NCBI RefSeq assembly: GCF_000011465.1
Contig: NC_005072.1
Span: 210,001 to 242,000, forward strand
From: Prochlorococcus marinus subsp. pastoris str. CCMP1986
Lineage (GTDB): Bacteria; Cyanobacteriota; Cyanobacteriia; PCC-6307; Cyanobiaceae
DNA: 32,000 bases
Reading direction: 5' to 3'
Each line of letters starts with the position of its first letter. Position 1 is the stretch's first letter. Positions 9,107 through 19,270 of this stretch are shown piece after piece. Made by a program: the position numbers and the translations under genes. The notes under the pieces were generated by a model. It saw nothing but the letters and a program-made list of their open reading frames with translations. It was not told the DNA's origin and made no database searches.

Positions 9107-9748
9107 TTAATTCGATCTTCTTCTGAGCCATTCATATATCTTTGGATCTATTTTATTATTTTTGAAACCCATATCCCCAATTACGATAGCTTTATATCCT
9201 AAAGATTTATATAGCGGTATATCTGATATAGATAGTCCTCCGGCAGCAATAAAATCTATATTTTTATATTGAGATATATTTATTAATTCAATATTATCTT
9301 TAACCGGGTAAATTTTGATAATTTTACAATTCAAATCTATTGCTTGTTTAAGATCTTTTAAATGCTTGATTCCAGGAATTAATAAATGATTTTTTGAATT
9401 TGAATAATTTAAAAGGTCTCTATCCCAACCTCTCATCATTGAATAATTGCAACCTATTTTTATAGAGTCATCTATCGATTTCTTATTTTTTATAGAAGCA
9501 GAGCCTAGATTAAGACTTGGGAACTTTAATCTTAAATTTGAAACGTAATTTATCCAGTTTTCATTATTAGACCAACTAATTTCTATATTTGTAAAACCTG
9601 CCTGTATTAAAAGCTCTATTTCTAGTTCAACTAAATCTTTTTCAATAGTATTTGTATAAATATTTTTAGTTGGTTTTATTAATAAGAAAAAAGATTCTAA
9701 GTTTAGACTTTTAGAGGAAGAATCTTTTTTATTTAAAGGAGATATCAA
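9107..9748 (-). CDS. eda: KDPG/KHG aldolase-like protein (Eda family, divergent)
   Basis: 213 aa. The layout matches Eda: an E-containing IEIS segment, LGSASI (compare GAGTV), IPGI...A...., the lysine-bearing KIIKIYPV (compare K.FPA) and AAGGLS (compare PTGGI). It is divergent, so activity is not certain. Confidence 0.55.
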   Translation of the reverse strand: MISPLNKKDSSSKSLNLESFFLLIKPTKNIYTNTIEKDLVELEIELLIQAGFTNIEISWSNNENWINYVSNLRLKFPSLNLGSASIKNKKSIDDSIKIGCNYSMMRGWDRDLLNYSNSKNHLLIPGIKHLKDLKQAIDLNCKIIKIYPVKDNIELINISQYKNIDFIAAGGLSISDIPLYKSLGYKAIVIGDMGFKNNKIDPKIYEWLRRRSN

Positions 9749-9759
9749 ATTTTTTCAAA

Positions 9760-11616
9760 TTAGATATAGTTAGCAACTTTAACCTCAGATCGATTAAGTA
9801 AATCTTGGATATCTTCAGTATCAATTGTTTCTCGCTCAATTAGCATTGAAGCCATTTCATCAAGAACACTTCTGTTATCTGAAAGGACTTTTGTCGCTCT
9901 TTTGTATGCTGTATCAACAAGTTCTGAAACTTCTACATCAATTGTTGCAGCTGTATCTTCAGAGAAGTCTCTTGTCGCGCTCATGTCTCTCCCGAGGAAC
10001 ATTCCCCCTTGTGATTGACCCAAAGCTACTGGACCTATTTTATCGCTCATTCCAAATTTAGTAATCATTTGTCTTGCAACATTAGCAACTTGCTGTAAAT
10101 CGTTAGAAGCTCCTGTAGTAACTTCCTCTTCTCCATATACTATTTCCTCAGCAACTCTTCCACCTAGGGCTACAGCCATTTGATTTTGTAGGTAAGAACG
10201 TGAGTAAAGGCCGGACTCCATCCTTTCTTCACTAGGAGTAAAGAAGGTTAGACCTCCTGCTTGGCCCCTAGGAATTATGGAAACTTTTGCTACAGCGTCA
10301 TAATCAGGCATGCAAGCGCCAACTAAAGCATGACCTGCCTCGTGATAGGCAACAAGTTCTTTCTTTCTGTCACTTATAACTCTATCTTTCTTTTCTGGTC
10401 CTGCCATTACTCTCTCGATAGCATCTCCTACTTCATCATTACTTACAGTATCGAGATCTTTTCTTGCTGCAAGGATAGCTGCCTCGTTTAAAAGATTAGC
10501 TAAATCAGCACCTGTAAACCCAGGAGTTCTTCTCGCAACCTTATCAAGGTCTACATCTTTTGAAAGAGTTTTATCCTTGGCATGAACATTTAAAATTTGT
10601 AATCTTCCAGCGTAATCAGGCCTATCTACAGTTACTTGTCTATCAAATCTACCTGGTCTCATTAATGCTGAGTCCAAAACATCCGGTCTGTTAGTTGCCG
10701 CAACAATAATAATTCCAGAATTACCCTCAAAACCATCCATTTCAGTTAAAAGTTGGTTTAAAGTTTGTTCTCTCTCGTCATTTCCACCTCCCATGCCAGC
10801 ACCTCTTTGTCTTCCAACAGCATCTATTTCATCAATAAAAACAATACATGGGGCATTTTTTTTAGCTTGTTCAAATAAATCTCTAACCCTACTTGCACCA
10901 ACTCCAACAAACATTTCAACAAATTCAGATCCAGAGATTGAGAAAAAAGGCACACCTGCTTCGCCCGCAACTGCTTTTGCTAAAAGAGTCTTTCCTGTTC
11001 CTGGTGGTCCAACTAGAAGAACACCTTTAGGAATTTTTGCACCAACGGCAGTAAATCTGTCAGGGCTTTTAAGAAAGTCTACAACCTCTGTTAACTCTAA
11101 TTTTGCTCCTTCAACACCAGCAACATCTGAAAAAGTTACTTGAGTAGAAGGTTCCATTTGAAGTCTAGCTTTGCTTTTTCCAAAACTCATTGCTGGATTA
11201 CCACCACCACCTCCACTTCCATTTTGTGATCTTCTAAATAGGAAGAATAAACCTCCTATTAATAAAACCGGGAAAATTAAACTACTTATAGCTTGCTGCC
11301 AAGGATTAGCTAATTTTGTGGGTGTAACGGCTATATCTACATCATTCTCGGTTAGGATTTTTAATAAATCTTTATCTGGAGCCAGATTAACTTCAGATCT
11401 ACTGCCATCGTTTTCAACAACTTGTGCAGTTCCACTATCTGGGGATAATAAAACCCTGCTAACTTCTTTATCTTGAACAGCTTCTATAAAATCACTATAT
11501 CTAAGGGTTTTGGTGGCATTCTCAGTCTTAGGTTTATCAAAAACAGAAGTACCTATAAAAATTACTGTAATTACTGCTAGGACGTAAAGTCCTACGTTTC
11601 TCCAACGTTTGTTCAC
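9760..11616 (-). CDS. ftsH: ATP-dependent zinc metalloprotease FtsH
   Basis: 618 aa. It has an N-terminal TM segment, the AAA+ Walker A GPPGTGKT, Walker [10 protein letters not shown], the SRH, and the HEAGHA zinc motif. Confidence 0.95.
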   Translation of the reverse strand: MNKRWRNVGLYVLAVITVIFIGTSVFDKPKTENATKTLRYSDFIEAVQDKEVSRVLLSPDSGTAQVVENDGSRSEVNLAPDKDLLKILTENDVDIAVTPTKLANPWQQAISSLIFPVLLIGGLFFLFRRSQNGSGGGGGNPAMSFGKSKARLQMEPSTQVTFSDVAGVEGAKLELTEVVDFLKSPDRFTAVGAKIPKGVLLVGPPGTGKTLLAKAVAGEAGVPFFSISGSEFVEMFVGVGASRVRDLFEQAKKNAPCIVFIDEIDAVGRQRGAGMGGGNDEREQTLNQLLTEMDGFEGNSGIIIVAATNRPDVLDSALMRPGRFDRQVTVDRPDYAGRLQILNVHAKDKTLSKDVDLDKVARRTPGFTGADLANLLNEAAILAARKDLDTVSNDEVGDAIERVMAGPEKKDRVISDRKKELVAYHEAGHALVGACMPDYDAVAKVSIIPRGQAGGLTFFTPSEERMESGLYSRSYLQNQMAVALGGRVAEEIVYGEEEVTTGASNDLQQVANVARQMITKFGMSDKIGPVALGQSQGGMFLGRDMSATRDFSEDTAATIDVEVSELVDTAYKRATKVLSDNRSVLDEMASMLIERETIDTEDIQDLLNRSEVKVANYI

Positions 11617-11662
11617 GATAAAAAATTTCTATTAAGACTATGATACTAATAATAAAACAATA

Positions 11663-12838
11663 TTAAGACTTTCTAAGTACATCTACTACACTTTTAAATG
11701 CGAACCATTCTGGAATTGAATCTCCATTCCTCAGCTTTTTCCTGAATTCTGTACCGCTTAGTTTCATTATCTGATATTTTTTCTCTTTTGCTTCTTCGGC
11801 AGTTATGTAACCTTTTTCTATTGTGTATACCAAATTTTTTGAAGGTACAGTTTTCATCAGTAACTCTTCTGCGCATTCATTGGCAAAAGTCTGGGCATCA
11901 TAAGGTCCATAAAAATCTTCACCAGTTGATGATGATTTACATCCAGCCATATCCCTACCAATTATAAAATGAGTACATCCATAATTCCTTCTTATAATCA
12001 TGTGTTGAAGAGCTTCTCTAGGTCCAGCCATATGCATTGAGTATGGCAAAAAAGCCCATTTTATTTTCTTATTAGAAATTTCTTCTTCTAATTTTTTATA
12101 GGTCAAATATCGGACTTTCCCTGGAATATCATCCTGTTGTGTTGGCCCGCAAGTTGGATGAACCAAAACAACTGAATTTGAGGAAACATTTTCCGATTGT
12201 AAGGCGTTAGTAAACAATTCATAATGAGCTCTATGAATTGGATTTCTACATTGAAAAGCAACTACATCAAAATTAGCAGGTAATAAATCTCTTACTTCTT
12301 TTGGTGTTTTACATGGAAAATCTCTATTTGGGAGCTCCAATCCATAAACTTTACCCCCTATGTAGTATCTGCCTCTTTCATTGAAAATCATCTTTACTGC
12401 AGGATGATCCAAAGAATTAGTCCCGTAACAAAATTCTGCCTCTTCGGCCTTATCTGGCTCCCATTTTGAACTTACTTTTAAAATCGCTAATTTTTGTTTT
12501 TTATAAGTGAGTAATATTGTTTCATCCTCCTTGATTTGTGCATTATTAGTATCAAATACAATCGGCAAACCAAAGAGTAAACCCTTTGTATCTCTATGGC
12601 TTTTAATTACAGATTTATACTCTTCTTTATCCATAAATCCTTCTAGAGGAGAAAATCCGCCAACCATTAATAGTTCTATATCACAAGCATTTCTATCACT
12701 ACATTCGTGTTGATACGAAACTTGAGAAAGAAGCTTTAATTTTAGTTCTTCATCCTTAATAATTAATTCTTTTAGTTCACCGCCATAAGCAGGTATTAAA
12801 CCTTTTGAATCTCTTTTAGATTCTTGTTGTGAATTCAT
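11663..12838 (-). CDS. sat: Sulfate adenylyltransferase (ATP sulfurylase)
   Basis: 391 aa. It has the QCRNPIHRAH motif and a GPREALQH-like segment characteristic of homo-oligomeric ATP sulfurylase. Confidence 0.92.
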   Translation of the reverse strand: MNSQQESKRDSKGLIPAYGGELKELIIKDEELKLKLLSQVSYQHECSDRNACDIELLMVGGFSPLEGFMDKEEYKSVIKSHRDTKGLLFGLPIVFDTNNAQIKEDETILLTYKKQKLAILKVSSKWEPDKAEEAEFCYGTNSLDHPAVKMIFNERGRYYIGGKVYGLELPNRDFPCKTPKEVRDLLPANFDVVAFQCRNPIHRAHYELFTNALQSENVSSNSVVLVHPTCGPTQQDDIPGKVRYLTYKKLEEEISNKKIKWAFLPYSMHMAGPREALQHMIIRRNYGCTHFIIGRDMAGCKSSSTGEDFYGPYDAQTFANECAEELLMKTVPSKNLVYTIEKGYITAEEAKEKKYQIMKLSGTEFRKKLRNGDSIPEWFAFKSVVDVLRKS

Positions 12839-12862
12839 TTTATGATTTGTATAAGATAAATT

Positions 12863-12899
12863 AAAAAAAAAGAGGGCTTGTTTAAACCCTCTTTTTTTA
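12863..12899 (-). terminator. Intrinsic terminator downstream of psbO (symmetrical A-run / T-run, so potentially bidirectional)
   Basis: A8-AGAGGG (12871-12876), loop CTTGTTTAAA, CCCTCT (12887-12892)-T7. It lies between the psbO stop (12913) and the sat start (12838). Confidence 0.72.
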
Positions 12900-12912
12900 T
12901 ATTTATTTAGAA

Positions 12913-13707
12913 TTAAGCTTTTCTTCCATAAAGCTCACCAATTATTTTTACATCAAGAGGTTCTTTTGAACCCATATCTGTATCGGAAGGTTGGATCGCA
13001 ACAAATGTACCTGCAAATTCATCTGTATCAGAATCTACATTTTCAATTGATAGTTTTACAACTCCAGTACCATTTACATCAACTTTGATATTTTCTTTAG
13101 CAAGTTCTTCATCATCTCCACCTAGGGCAACTAAACCTTGAGCGTATTCAACTCCAGTATTTTTGGCTCTGGCTTTAGGATCTAAAAAATCTCCTGTTCT
13201 GTAATTAGGTGTGAATGTAGCACCACTGACTTCTGTCCCAGGCTCGATTGAGGAAGGTAGATCAGCTGTTAAATCTTTTGCAGAAAATGCAAATGGAACC
13301 TCTAAACCTCCAGGAGTTAGAACAGTAATTAATTGAAAATCAATACCACCTTTTTCAGTAAATGTACCGGAGTCTATATCTCCATATACTTCTGTAACTG
13401 TAGTGTTATTCCTAGGGCTAATAATTTTTGTTGCAACAAATTCTGCTTCTTTTCTTTTTGATCCCGGAACTTTTACATAAACTTCTGTTGGATGCATGCA
13501 TATCCCTTTTAAGGAATCACCATTGCCTAAAGATATTGATCCGACTAGAGATGAATCTAAGGAAGGACAATCGTTAGCTTTACCTGTGTTTACAACATCT
13601 GTAAATTGGGCATTTCCTCTCTCGGAGAAGGCATATGTTTTATCTGTGACAAAAGCAAAAGTTAAACAAAAAGAAATAACTAAAGCTAATAAAGAACGAA
13701 TTCTCAT
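12913..13707 (-). CDS. psbO: Photosystem II manganese-stabilising protein PsbO (precursor with signal peptide)
   Basis: 264 aa. It has a hydrophobic signal peptide, then GGIDFQ, TPGGLEVPFAF, YRTGDFLDPKAR and QPSDTDMGSKEPLDVKI, all PsbO hallmarks. Confidence 0.93.
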   Translation of the reverse strand: MRIRSLLALVISFCLTFAFVTDKTYAFSERGNAQFTDVVNTGKANDCPSLDSSLVGSISLGNGDSLKGICMHPTEVYVKVPGSKRKEAEFVATKIISPRNNTTVTEVYGDIDSGTFTEKGGIDFQLITVLTPGGLEVPFAFSAKDLTADLPSSIEPGTEVSGATFTPNYRTGDFLDPKARAKNTGVEYAQGLVALGGDDEELAKENIKVDVNGTGVVKLSIENVDSDTDEFAGTFVAIQPSDTDMGSKEPLDVKIIGELYGRKA

Positions 13708-13921
13708 AATAAAATTTTAATAAAGTTCTGTGACTGCTGGTAAAGGATTACTTAAAAATGTTCAGTACGGATAATACAAGGTAAAGAACCACAAAAGAAA
13801 GTTTTTTAGATCCTCGAAACAACTCGTAGCTTTTTAATTTTTAAAACTTGAGATATTTTAAGATATCAGACTATTTTTAATGATTAAGATTACAAAAAAA
13901 TACAAATATAAATGTTGTGGA

Positions 13922-15178
13922 TCATTTTTTAGTTGAAATAATTTCATCTATTAAATTATTAGCTAACTCAATCTTTGATGTTTTTTCTAGATAATTTTCC
14001 ATATTTTTTTTATCAAAAAGCCATCCTTCATTTTTTGCAAGTGAGCCAAATCCTTGGTCTTCGATATCTATAGGATTTGCAAATAGTAAATCACAACCCT
14101 TAAGCATTATTTTTTCTTTAATGCTCTTTTTTGCACTTTTAAAAGAACCTGTAAATGCACAAAATCCAACAAAAATTTGATTTTCTTTTTTTACTTTACT
14201 TATCTCTTTTAAAATATCTGGAACATATTCTATATTTTTATTTAAAAAATCCTCAAATTTGCTTTTTGGAATTTTTTTTGAAGTATCTCCTGATATTTTG
14301 AAATCTGCTACTGCAGCATTCATAATGAAATAATCACATTTCGAAATTTCTTTTTCAATTTCCTGAATTAAATCATTACTATTATCTATTTCATACGTAT
14401 TAATTCCTTCTGTTATATCTAGTTTATTTTTTAAAGGACCATGTATATATTTGACTTTTGCACCCCTAAATCTTGCTACTTGAGCAAGCATTAATCCCAT
14501 AGTTCCCGAACTATTGTTAGTTATCTTTCTTGCTGCATCTATGTTTTCTGAAGTACAACCTCCTGTAATTAAAAACTCTTTATTTAATAAGTCTCTGTAA
14601 TAGGGCTTTTTATTTTGAAGGAGTAAAAACTTAAGAGCTAGTTGTATTAAATCATTTGGGGGTATTTTACCAACTCCAATTTCGTCACAAGCTAGGATCC
14701 CTTTGCTTGGCTTAAGGATTAAAACATTTGGATAATCTTTCAAATATACATAATTTCTTTGAACAGCTTTATTACTCCACATCTTAGAATTCATTGCTGG
14801 AGCAACAATAATAGGCTTATTATTCGCAATTAAAATACTTGATATCAATCCATCAGCATTACCTGTAACCCACTTCGAAAGTGTTGTTGCAGTCAAAGGA
14901 GCAATTATCAAAACATCAGCCCATTCGCATAAATCTATATGTAGAGGTCTTGAATGAAGATATGACCATTGGTCCTTATCTAATATGCAATTATTCCTAC
15001 TTAAGATAGAAAGTGAAAGTGGCTGAATTAGTTTTTCAGCATTTTCAGAAACAACGCACTTTATCTCATAATTATCTTTAACTAATTGACTTACTAGTAA
15101 GGGGATCCTTACTGCAGCAATACTTCCAGTAATTAATAAAAGAACCTTAACTTTTAATTCTTTAGATTTAACGTTCAT
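13922..15178 (-). CDS. coaBC: Bifunctional phosphopantothenoylcysteine decarboxylase / phosphopantothenate-cysteine ligase
   Basis: It has the flavoprotein N-domain (LLLITGSIAA, PAMN..MW) and a CoaB C-domain. I prefer the ATG at 15178 (MNVKSKELKVKVLL...) over the TTG at 15196 that the track used, but either is possible. Confidence 0.88.
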   Translation of the reverse strand: MNVKSKELKVKVLLLITGSIAAVRIPLLVSQLVKDNYEIKCVVSENAEKLIQPLSLSILSRNNCILDKDQWSYLHSRPLHIDLCEWADVLIIAPLTATTLSKWVTGNADGLISSILIANNKPIIVAPAMNSKMWSNKAVQRNYVYLKDYPNVLILKPSKGILACDEIGVGKIPPNDLIQLALKFLLLQNKKPYYRDLLNKEFLITGGCTSENIDAARKITNNSSGTMGLMLAQVARFRGAKVKYIHGPLKNKLDITEGINTYEIDNSNDLIQEIEKEISKCDYFIMNAAVADFKISGDTSKKIPKSKFEDFLNKNIEYVPDILKEISKVKKENQIFVGFCAFTGSFKSAKKSIKEKIMLKGCDLLFANPIDIEDQGFGSLAKNEGWLFDKKNMENYLEKTSKIELANNLIDEIISTKK

Positions 15179-15389
15179 CCAATTGTTCCTCTTCAATAAG
15201 ATGAATGTAATCGGATATTAATTTATACCTTTTAGTTTCAAAAGTCCTCACCAAATTCCAATTTTTAAATACATTAAATGGTTTAACGTAATTTTCCTCT
15301 CCTAAAGTTTTGGCAAGCTTAAAAGTTCCTTCTTCATATGATGTATAAAAAGGCTTTTTAAATATCTTGTTATCGGATGTGAATAACAT
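15168..15389 (-). CDS. Hypothetical small protein (73 aa)
   Basis: ATG-initiated ORF whose stop (15170-15168) overlaps the coaBC start region by 11 nt (29 nt for the TTG start), suggesting co-transcription and coupling. No recognisable motif. Confidence 0.45.
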   Translation of the reverse strand: MLFTSDNKIFKKPFYTSYEEGTFKLAKTLGEENYVKPFNVFKNWNLVRTFETKRYKLISDYIHLIEEEQLDER

Positions 15390-15589
15390 TTTTATCCTTG
15401 TCCATGTATTTTTAATAATATAACCGCAAGGAAATTCATATTCACTAAATATTGCTCACTTTGAAAAATTTTTCAAAAATAATAAAAATATTGAATCTAT
15501 TTAATTTTTTTATATTATAATTTTAGACACAAATTATTAATTCTTTTAAAAAAAAAATTATTTAAACTAAGAATGACGAAATATCAATT

Positions 15590-15772
15590 ATGTCACAAAC
15601 AAAAAAAGAGCAAATAGTAAGTCATTTGCGTTATTTAAGGCAGGAATTAAGAGAAATGCATTTAGGAATTCAAGATGATGGATTATTTCCTGAACCTGGA
15701 GAAATAAGAGGAATTCTTGCCCAAATGGAAGCTTTACTTGAATTAATTGAAGGTAATCCTAAAGTTAAATAA
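15590..15772 (+). CDS. Hypothetical small helical protein (60 aa)
   Basis: Clean ATG ORF in a 200-nt divergent spacer, with helical heptad-like composition. No motif recognised. Confidence 0.45.
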   Translation: MSQTKKEQIVSHLRYLRQELREMHLGIQDDGLFPEPGEIRGILAQMEALLELIEGNPKVK

Positions 15773-15808
15773 ATTATGAATAGATCCAGCAGTTAGTTAA
15801 GATTCAGA

Positions 15809-16150
15809 ATGTTTTTTAAACCCCAAAAGACTAAATTTCAACGATTAGTTATTGAAACTTTTGACAGTTTAAGCCAATGGGCAGTAAATCCATGGCGTAG
15901 ATATTCTTTAGCTTTAACTGTTGTTTTGACTGGTTACTTTTTTGGGAGTTCATTAGGAATGATAAGTGCAGTCGTTGAATTAATTGACCCGGTAGGAGCT
16001 TTTTTATCAGTTTTTTTTATTGAAATTTTGATAAAATTTAGACGTAGATTACGTTTTGATAAAAGAAAAAAAATATTAGTATTATTACTTGATTCCTTAA
16101 GATTAGGTTTGTTTTACGGTTTTTTTACTGAAAGTCTAAAATTGCTTTAA
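15809..16150 (+). CDS. Small membrane protein, tentatively DUF565/Ycf20-like
   Basis: 113 aa with two or three hydrophobic helices after an NPWRR segment. The family assignment is from memory and tentative. Confidence 0.5.
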   Translation: MFFKPQKTKFQRLVIETFDSLSQWAVNPWRRYSLALTVVLTGYFFGSSLGMISAVVELIDPVGAFLSVFFIEILIKFRRRLRFDKRKKILVLLLDSLRLGLFYGFFTESLKLL

Positions 16151-16152
16151 AT

Positions 16153-17169
16153 TTAATTATTGAATTTACTTAATAGATAAAGTAAAGCCATTCTTGTCGG
16201 AATACCATTTGAAACTTGATCATTTATTAGGCAATTTGGATATTCATCAACAACTCTGCTGCTGATTTCAATGCCACGATTAATAGGCCCTGGGTGCAAA
16301 ATAGGAATATCTTTACAATTCAAGGATAGTTTTTCTGGAGTCAAACAATAATTTTCACTATACGATTTAATACTGCTTAATAAATTCTCTATCATTCTTT
16401 CTTTTTGTAATCTTAAAACAATTACTGCATCTGCACATTTAATGGATTCTTCTAATGAACTCGAAATTGTGATAGAACCTCTTGAAGAAATAGGGTCTCT
16501 TAATTGATTTGGTGGAGAACTACTTACAAAATCAGTAAATTCTTCAGGAATAAGTGTGGGTGGACCACACAAGATTATGTTTGCCCCAAATGCGGTCAAT
16601 GCCCAAAGATTTGATCTGGCAACTCTAGAGTGAATTACATCACCAACTATTAATATTTTTTTAGAATTTAATATCTCTGGTTTCAGTAATTTTGGAGAAA
16701 AGAATTTTATTAATGTATAAAGATCTAGTAATCCTTGACTAGGGTGGCTATGTAAACCATCACCTGCATTAAGAACCGAAGTTTTTGCTTTAGATGCATC
16801 GAGTTTTTTGGAAATTTCTAAAGGGACATGGCTAGATGAATGTCTAATGACTAAAATATCAGACCCCATGGCAGCATATGTTAGTGCAGTATCTATGAGG
16901 GTTTCTCCTTTACTTAAAGAACTTGAAGAAGGAGAAAAGCTTTGAACATCTGCAGATAGCCTTTTGGCAGCAAGCTCAAAACTATTGCGAGTTCTAGTAC
17001 TAGCCTCAAAAAATATTGATGTTATTAACTTTCCTTGTAAAGCAGGTATTTTTTTTGTCCCGGCATTATTAAGAGATTTAAATCTTTCAGTTAACTCAAT
17101 AACTGATTCGTAATCATCTATTGAGAAATTTGAAAGTGTGAGGATATGTTTGTGAGGCCAATTTCCCAT
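16153..17169 (-). CDS. pyrB: Aspartate carbamoyltransferase catalytic subunit
   Basis: 338 aa. Motifs present: [21 protein letters not shown]. Confidence 0.93.
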   Translation of the reverse strand: MGNWPHKHILTLSNFSIDDYESVIELTERFKSLNNAGTKKIPALQGKLITSIFFEASTRTRNSFELAAKRLSADVQSFSPSSSSLSKGETLIDTALTYAAMGSDILVIRHSSSHVPLEISKKLDASKAKTSVLNAGDGLHSHPSQGLLDLYTLIKFFSPKLLKPEILNSKKILIVGDVIHSRVARSNLWALTAFGANIILCGPPTLIPEEFTDFVSSSPPNQLRDPISSRGSITISSSLEESIKCADAVIVLRLQKERMIENLLSSIKSYSENYCLTPEKLSLNCKDIPILHPGPINRGIEISSRVVDEYPNCLINDQVSNGIPTRMALLYLLSKFNN

Positions 17170-17783
17170 TATGTTACACCAGACAAATTATTAGTTGAAT
17201 TTTTTAAATTAGGATTTCTATCACCTTTTTCCCTTTTACTAATACTTCTGCTCCTTTTAAGATACCAACGCCATTTTATATTTTTTGCTTTAGAAATGCC
17301 AATTCTTGTTGTTTGAATTAAATCTTTTTTCTCTAAATATGACTTTCCTTTGCTGATCCACAAACATTTATTATTAAGAATTTCGAGGGAATTGAATTTA
17401 TTATCTAATTCAAATGTTTTGGTTACTAATCCTGGGCCAGAAGCTAACCTTTCGTTTTTATTTGATATAAAAACCGCCCTTATTAAAACACCACTTGCAA
17501 AATTATCTTTATCAGTAACAATATTTAAGCAATGATGAATTCCGTAAGATCTGTAAATATAAAATCTTCCTGGCTCACCAAACAATACTTTATTAGAAAG
17601 AGTTTTTTTATTATATCCATGGCAAGCCTCTTCTTCTTGTGAATAAGCTTCAGTCTCAACTATCATACCTTTAATTAGGCCTTTATCAATTCTATTTCTA
17701 ATCAGATAACATCCAATTAAGTCAGGTGCTACAAGCTTGGAGTGCCTGTAAAAAAAATTTTTTTTTAAAGATTGTTGATCTAT
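17169..17783 (-). CDS. mpg: DNA-3-methyladenine glycosylase (Mpg/AAG family). The 5' boundary is provisional: canonical ATG at 17666, homology continues upstream, and the open frame reaches 17876.
   Basis: [33 protein letters not shown] and GPG.(L/V)TK are Mpg motifs. The conserved N-terminal strand [18 protein letters not shown] lies upstream of the first ATG, with no ATG/GTG/TTG in frame. 17783 is an in-frame ATA. Confidence 0.78.
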   Translation of the reverse strand: MDQQSLKKNFFYRHSKLVAPDLIGCYLIRNRIDKGLIKGMIVETEAYSQEEEACHGYNKKTLSNKVLFGEPGRFYIYRSYGIHHCLNIVTDKDNFASGVLIRAVFISNKNERLASGPGLVTKTFELDNKFNSLEILNNKCLWISKGKSYLEKKDLIQTTRIGISKAKNIKWRWYLKRSRSISKREKGDRNPNLKNSTNNLSGVT

Positions 17784-17986
17784 TTTTAAATACTTATCTA
17801 AGCTTATTTTTAACGGTGAAATACAATTAAGTCTAGCTTTTGAAGCATAAAAAAATTTTTTCTCTTTTATGAGATTTTATAAATATATTGTTATCAATTT
17901 TGTTTAATTCATTAAAGGCTTAAGTAATGTTTGTGAAAATCCTTTAATATCTATGATGTAATTGATTTTTTGATAATTGAAAACAA

Positions 17987-18280
17987 ATGAAACGAATTAG
18001 TAGTGATGAAGTTAAAAAAGTAGCACAATTAGCAAGACTAGAACTAAATGAGAGTGAGATTAATCAGCATGCAGAACAGTTAGAAAAAATTTTGGAATAT
18101 ATTAAACAACTTGAGAAAATTAATACCGAGGATATTCCATGCACTACTAGAGCTATAGAAGTGGTCAATGTATTGAGAAAAGATGAAAAGAAAAACTATG
18201 AAAATTCGGAGGAAATTTTAGATTTGGCGCCTTCAAGAGAAAATAAATTTTTCAAAGTGCCAAAAATTATTAATGAATAG
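17987..18280 (+). CDS. gatC: Asp-tRNA(Asn)/Glu-tRNA(Gln) amidotransferase subunit C
   Basis: 97 aa. The N-terminus, ISSDEVKKVAQLARLELNESEI...L..IL.Y...L, is the canonical GatC opening. Confidence 0.9.
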   Translation: MKRISSDEVKKVAQLARLELNESEINQHAEQLEKILEYIKQLEKINTEDIPCTTRAIEVVNVLRKDEKKNYENSEEILDLAPSRENKFFKVPKIINE

Positions 18281-19270
18281 CTAGTTACCACCGATATAAG
18301 TCTTATTAACTATCTTTAGTAAAATTTTTCTTATTTTAAAATTTGGGAATGAATTTATTATTTTTCTAAGTTTTCCTTTTTTACTTTTGTGACTTCTTAT
18401 CCCTATAATTAGATCATAAATAAAATTAAAAGTATCACCTTTAGTTTCAAAAATCCCTACTCTTTGAGGTGAACCTTTGATGTCTAATAAAGGTTTGGTT
18501 TTTTCGTAAGCTATTTTATATTCAAACCAGGGGATTGAAGGCCATAGGTGATGGATTAAATGATAATTTTGACCCATTATGAGGATATTCAAAAAATTGC
18601 CTGGATAAACTCTTGAATTTATCCATTTATTTTTTGAGCGAAATGGCCTATGAGGGAGATAATCAAAGAAAATACCTAAAGTGACTCCAACCATTAATGC
18701 AGGACCAAACCATAAATTATAAATTAAGTTCATAAAGTCAAATTTTAAGCCAGCTAAAATGATTGTTATAAATATCGATCTCTCTATTCCCCACTGTAGT
18801 AATTCATATTTTCTCCAGAGTTTTTTCTGGAAGAAAAATATTTCATGATAAAAAAATCTTGGAGCAATAAGCCAAATAGGCCCAAAAGTACTCACAATAT
18901 GGTCTGGATCTTTTTTGGGATCATTTACATGAATGTGATGTTGTAGGTGTACTCTAGTGAAAACTGGGAAACTGAAGCCTAACAGTATAGCTGATCCATG
19001 TCCCATTGCTTGGTTTATCCAGGGCACGGGATGGGCAGCCTTGTGACATGCATCATGTATCACGGTTCCTTCAATATGAAGAGCAAGAAATGCAGTGGCG
19101 ACTAGAAGAGGTAGAGGCCAAACTCCCCGATACCACTGCCATATACTCAGAAATGCAAGAAAATAACCACCAAAAAATAGACCTAATGTAGGATTCCAAA
19201 AATTAGGAGGGTCGACATAATTTTTGATCTCCCTGTTCCAGTTATATGTCTTGGAGGAATTAGTTTGAAT
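18281..19270 (-). CDS. crtR: Beta-carotene hydroxylase (CrtR type, membrane di-iron desaturase fold). The 5' boundary is provisional: track GTG at 19063, and the open frame reaches 19336.
   Basis: It has the histidine boxes HDACH, HLQHH and HLIHHLWP. Two further predicted TM helices (PTLGLFFGGYFLAFLSIWQW..WPLPLLVATAFLALHIEGT) are encoded upstream of 19063 in the same frame with no canonical start. 19270 is an in-frame ATT. Confidence 0.8.
   Translation of the reverse strand: MQTNSSKTYNWNREIKNYVDPPNFWNPTLGLFFGGYFLAFLSIWQWYRGVWPLPLLVATAFLALHIEGTVIHDACHKAAHPVPWINQAMGHGSAILLGFSFPVFTRVHLQHHIHVNDPKKDPDHIVSTFGPIWLIAPRFFYHEIFFFQKKLWRKYELLQWGIERSIFITIILAGLKFDFMNLIYNLWFGPALMVGVTLGIFFDYLPHRPFRSKNKWINSRVYPGNFLNILIMGQNYHLIHHLWPSIPWFEYKIAYEKTKPLLDIKGSPQRVGIFETKGDTFNFIYDLIIGIRSHKSKKGKLRKIINSFPNFKIRKILLKIVNKTYIGGN

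Noticed and set aside
9825-11476. Antisense ORFs 9825-10061, 10793-11143 and 11171-11476 opposite ftsH
   Set aside because: They are long only because ftsH codon bias removes stops on the opposite strand. Their products are Pro/Leu/Ser-rich with no motifs.
11694-13720. ORFs 11694-11876 and 12507-12713 (within sat) and 13496-13720 (opposite psbO)
   Set aside because: They are overlapping or antisense to strongly supported genes and show no independent signals.
15179-15196. TTG at 15196 as the coaBC start (the track ORF)
   Set aside because: The ATG at 15178 gives the usual short N-terminus before the flavin-binding LLLITGSIAA motif. The TTG version only adds MKRNNW. It is kept as an alternative, not excluded.
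15461-15476. Perfect 16-bp palindrome TTGAAAAATTTTTCAA in the divergent spacer between the 73-aa and 60-aa ORFs, as a possible operator
   Set aside because: It is composed almost only of A/T. At this base composition, my rough estimate is that one or two perfect 16-bp palindromes are expected per 32 kb by chance. Without conservation data it is not evidence of a binding site.
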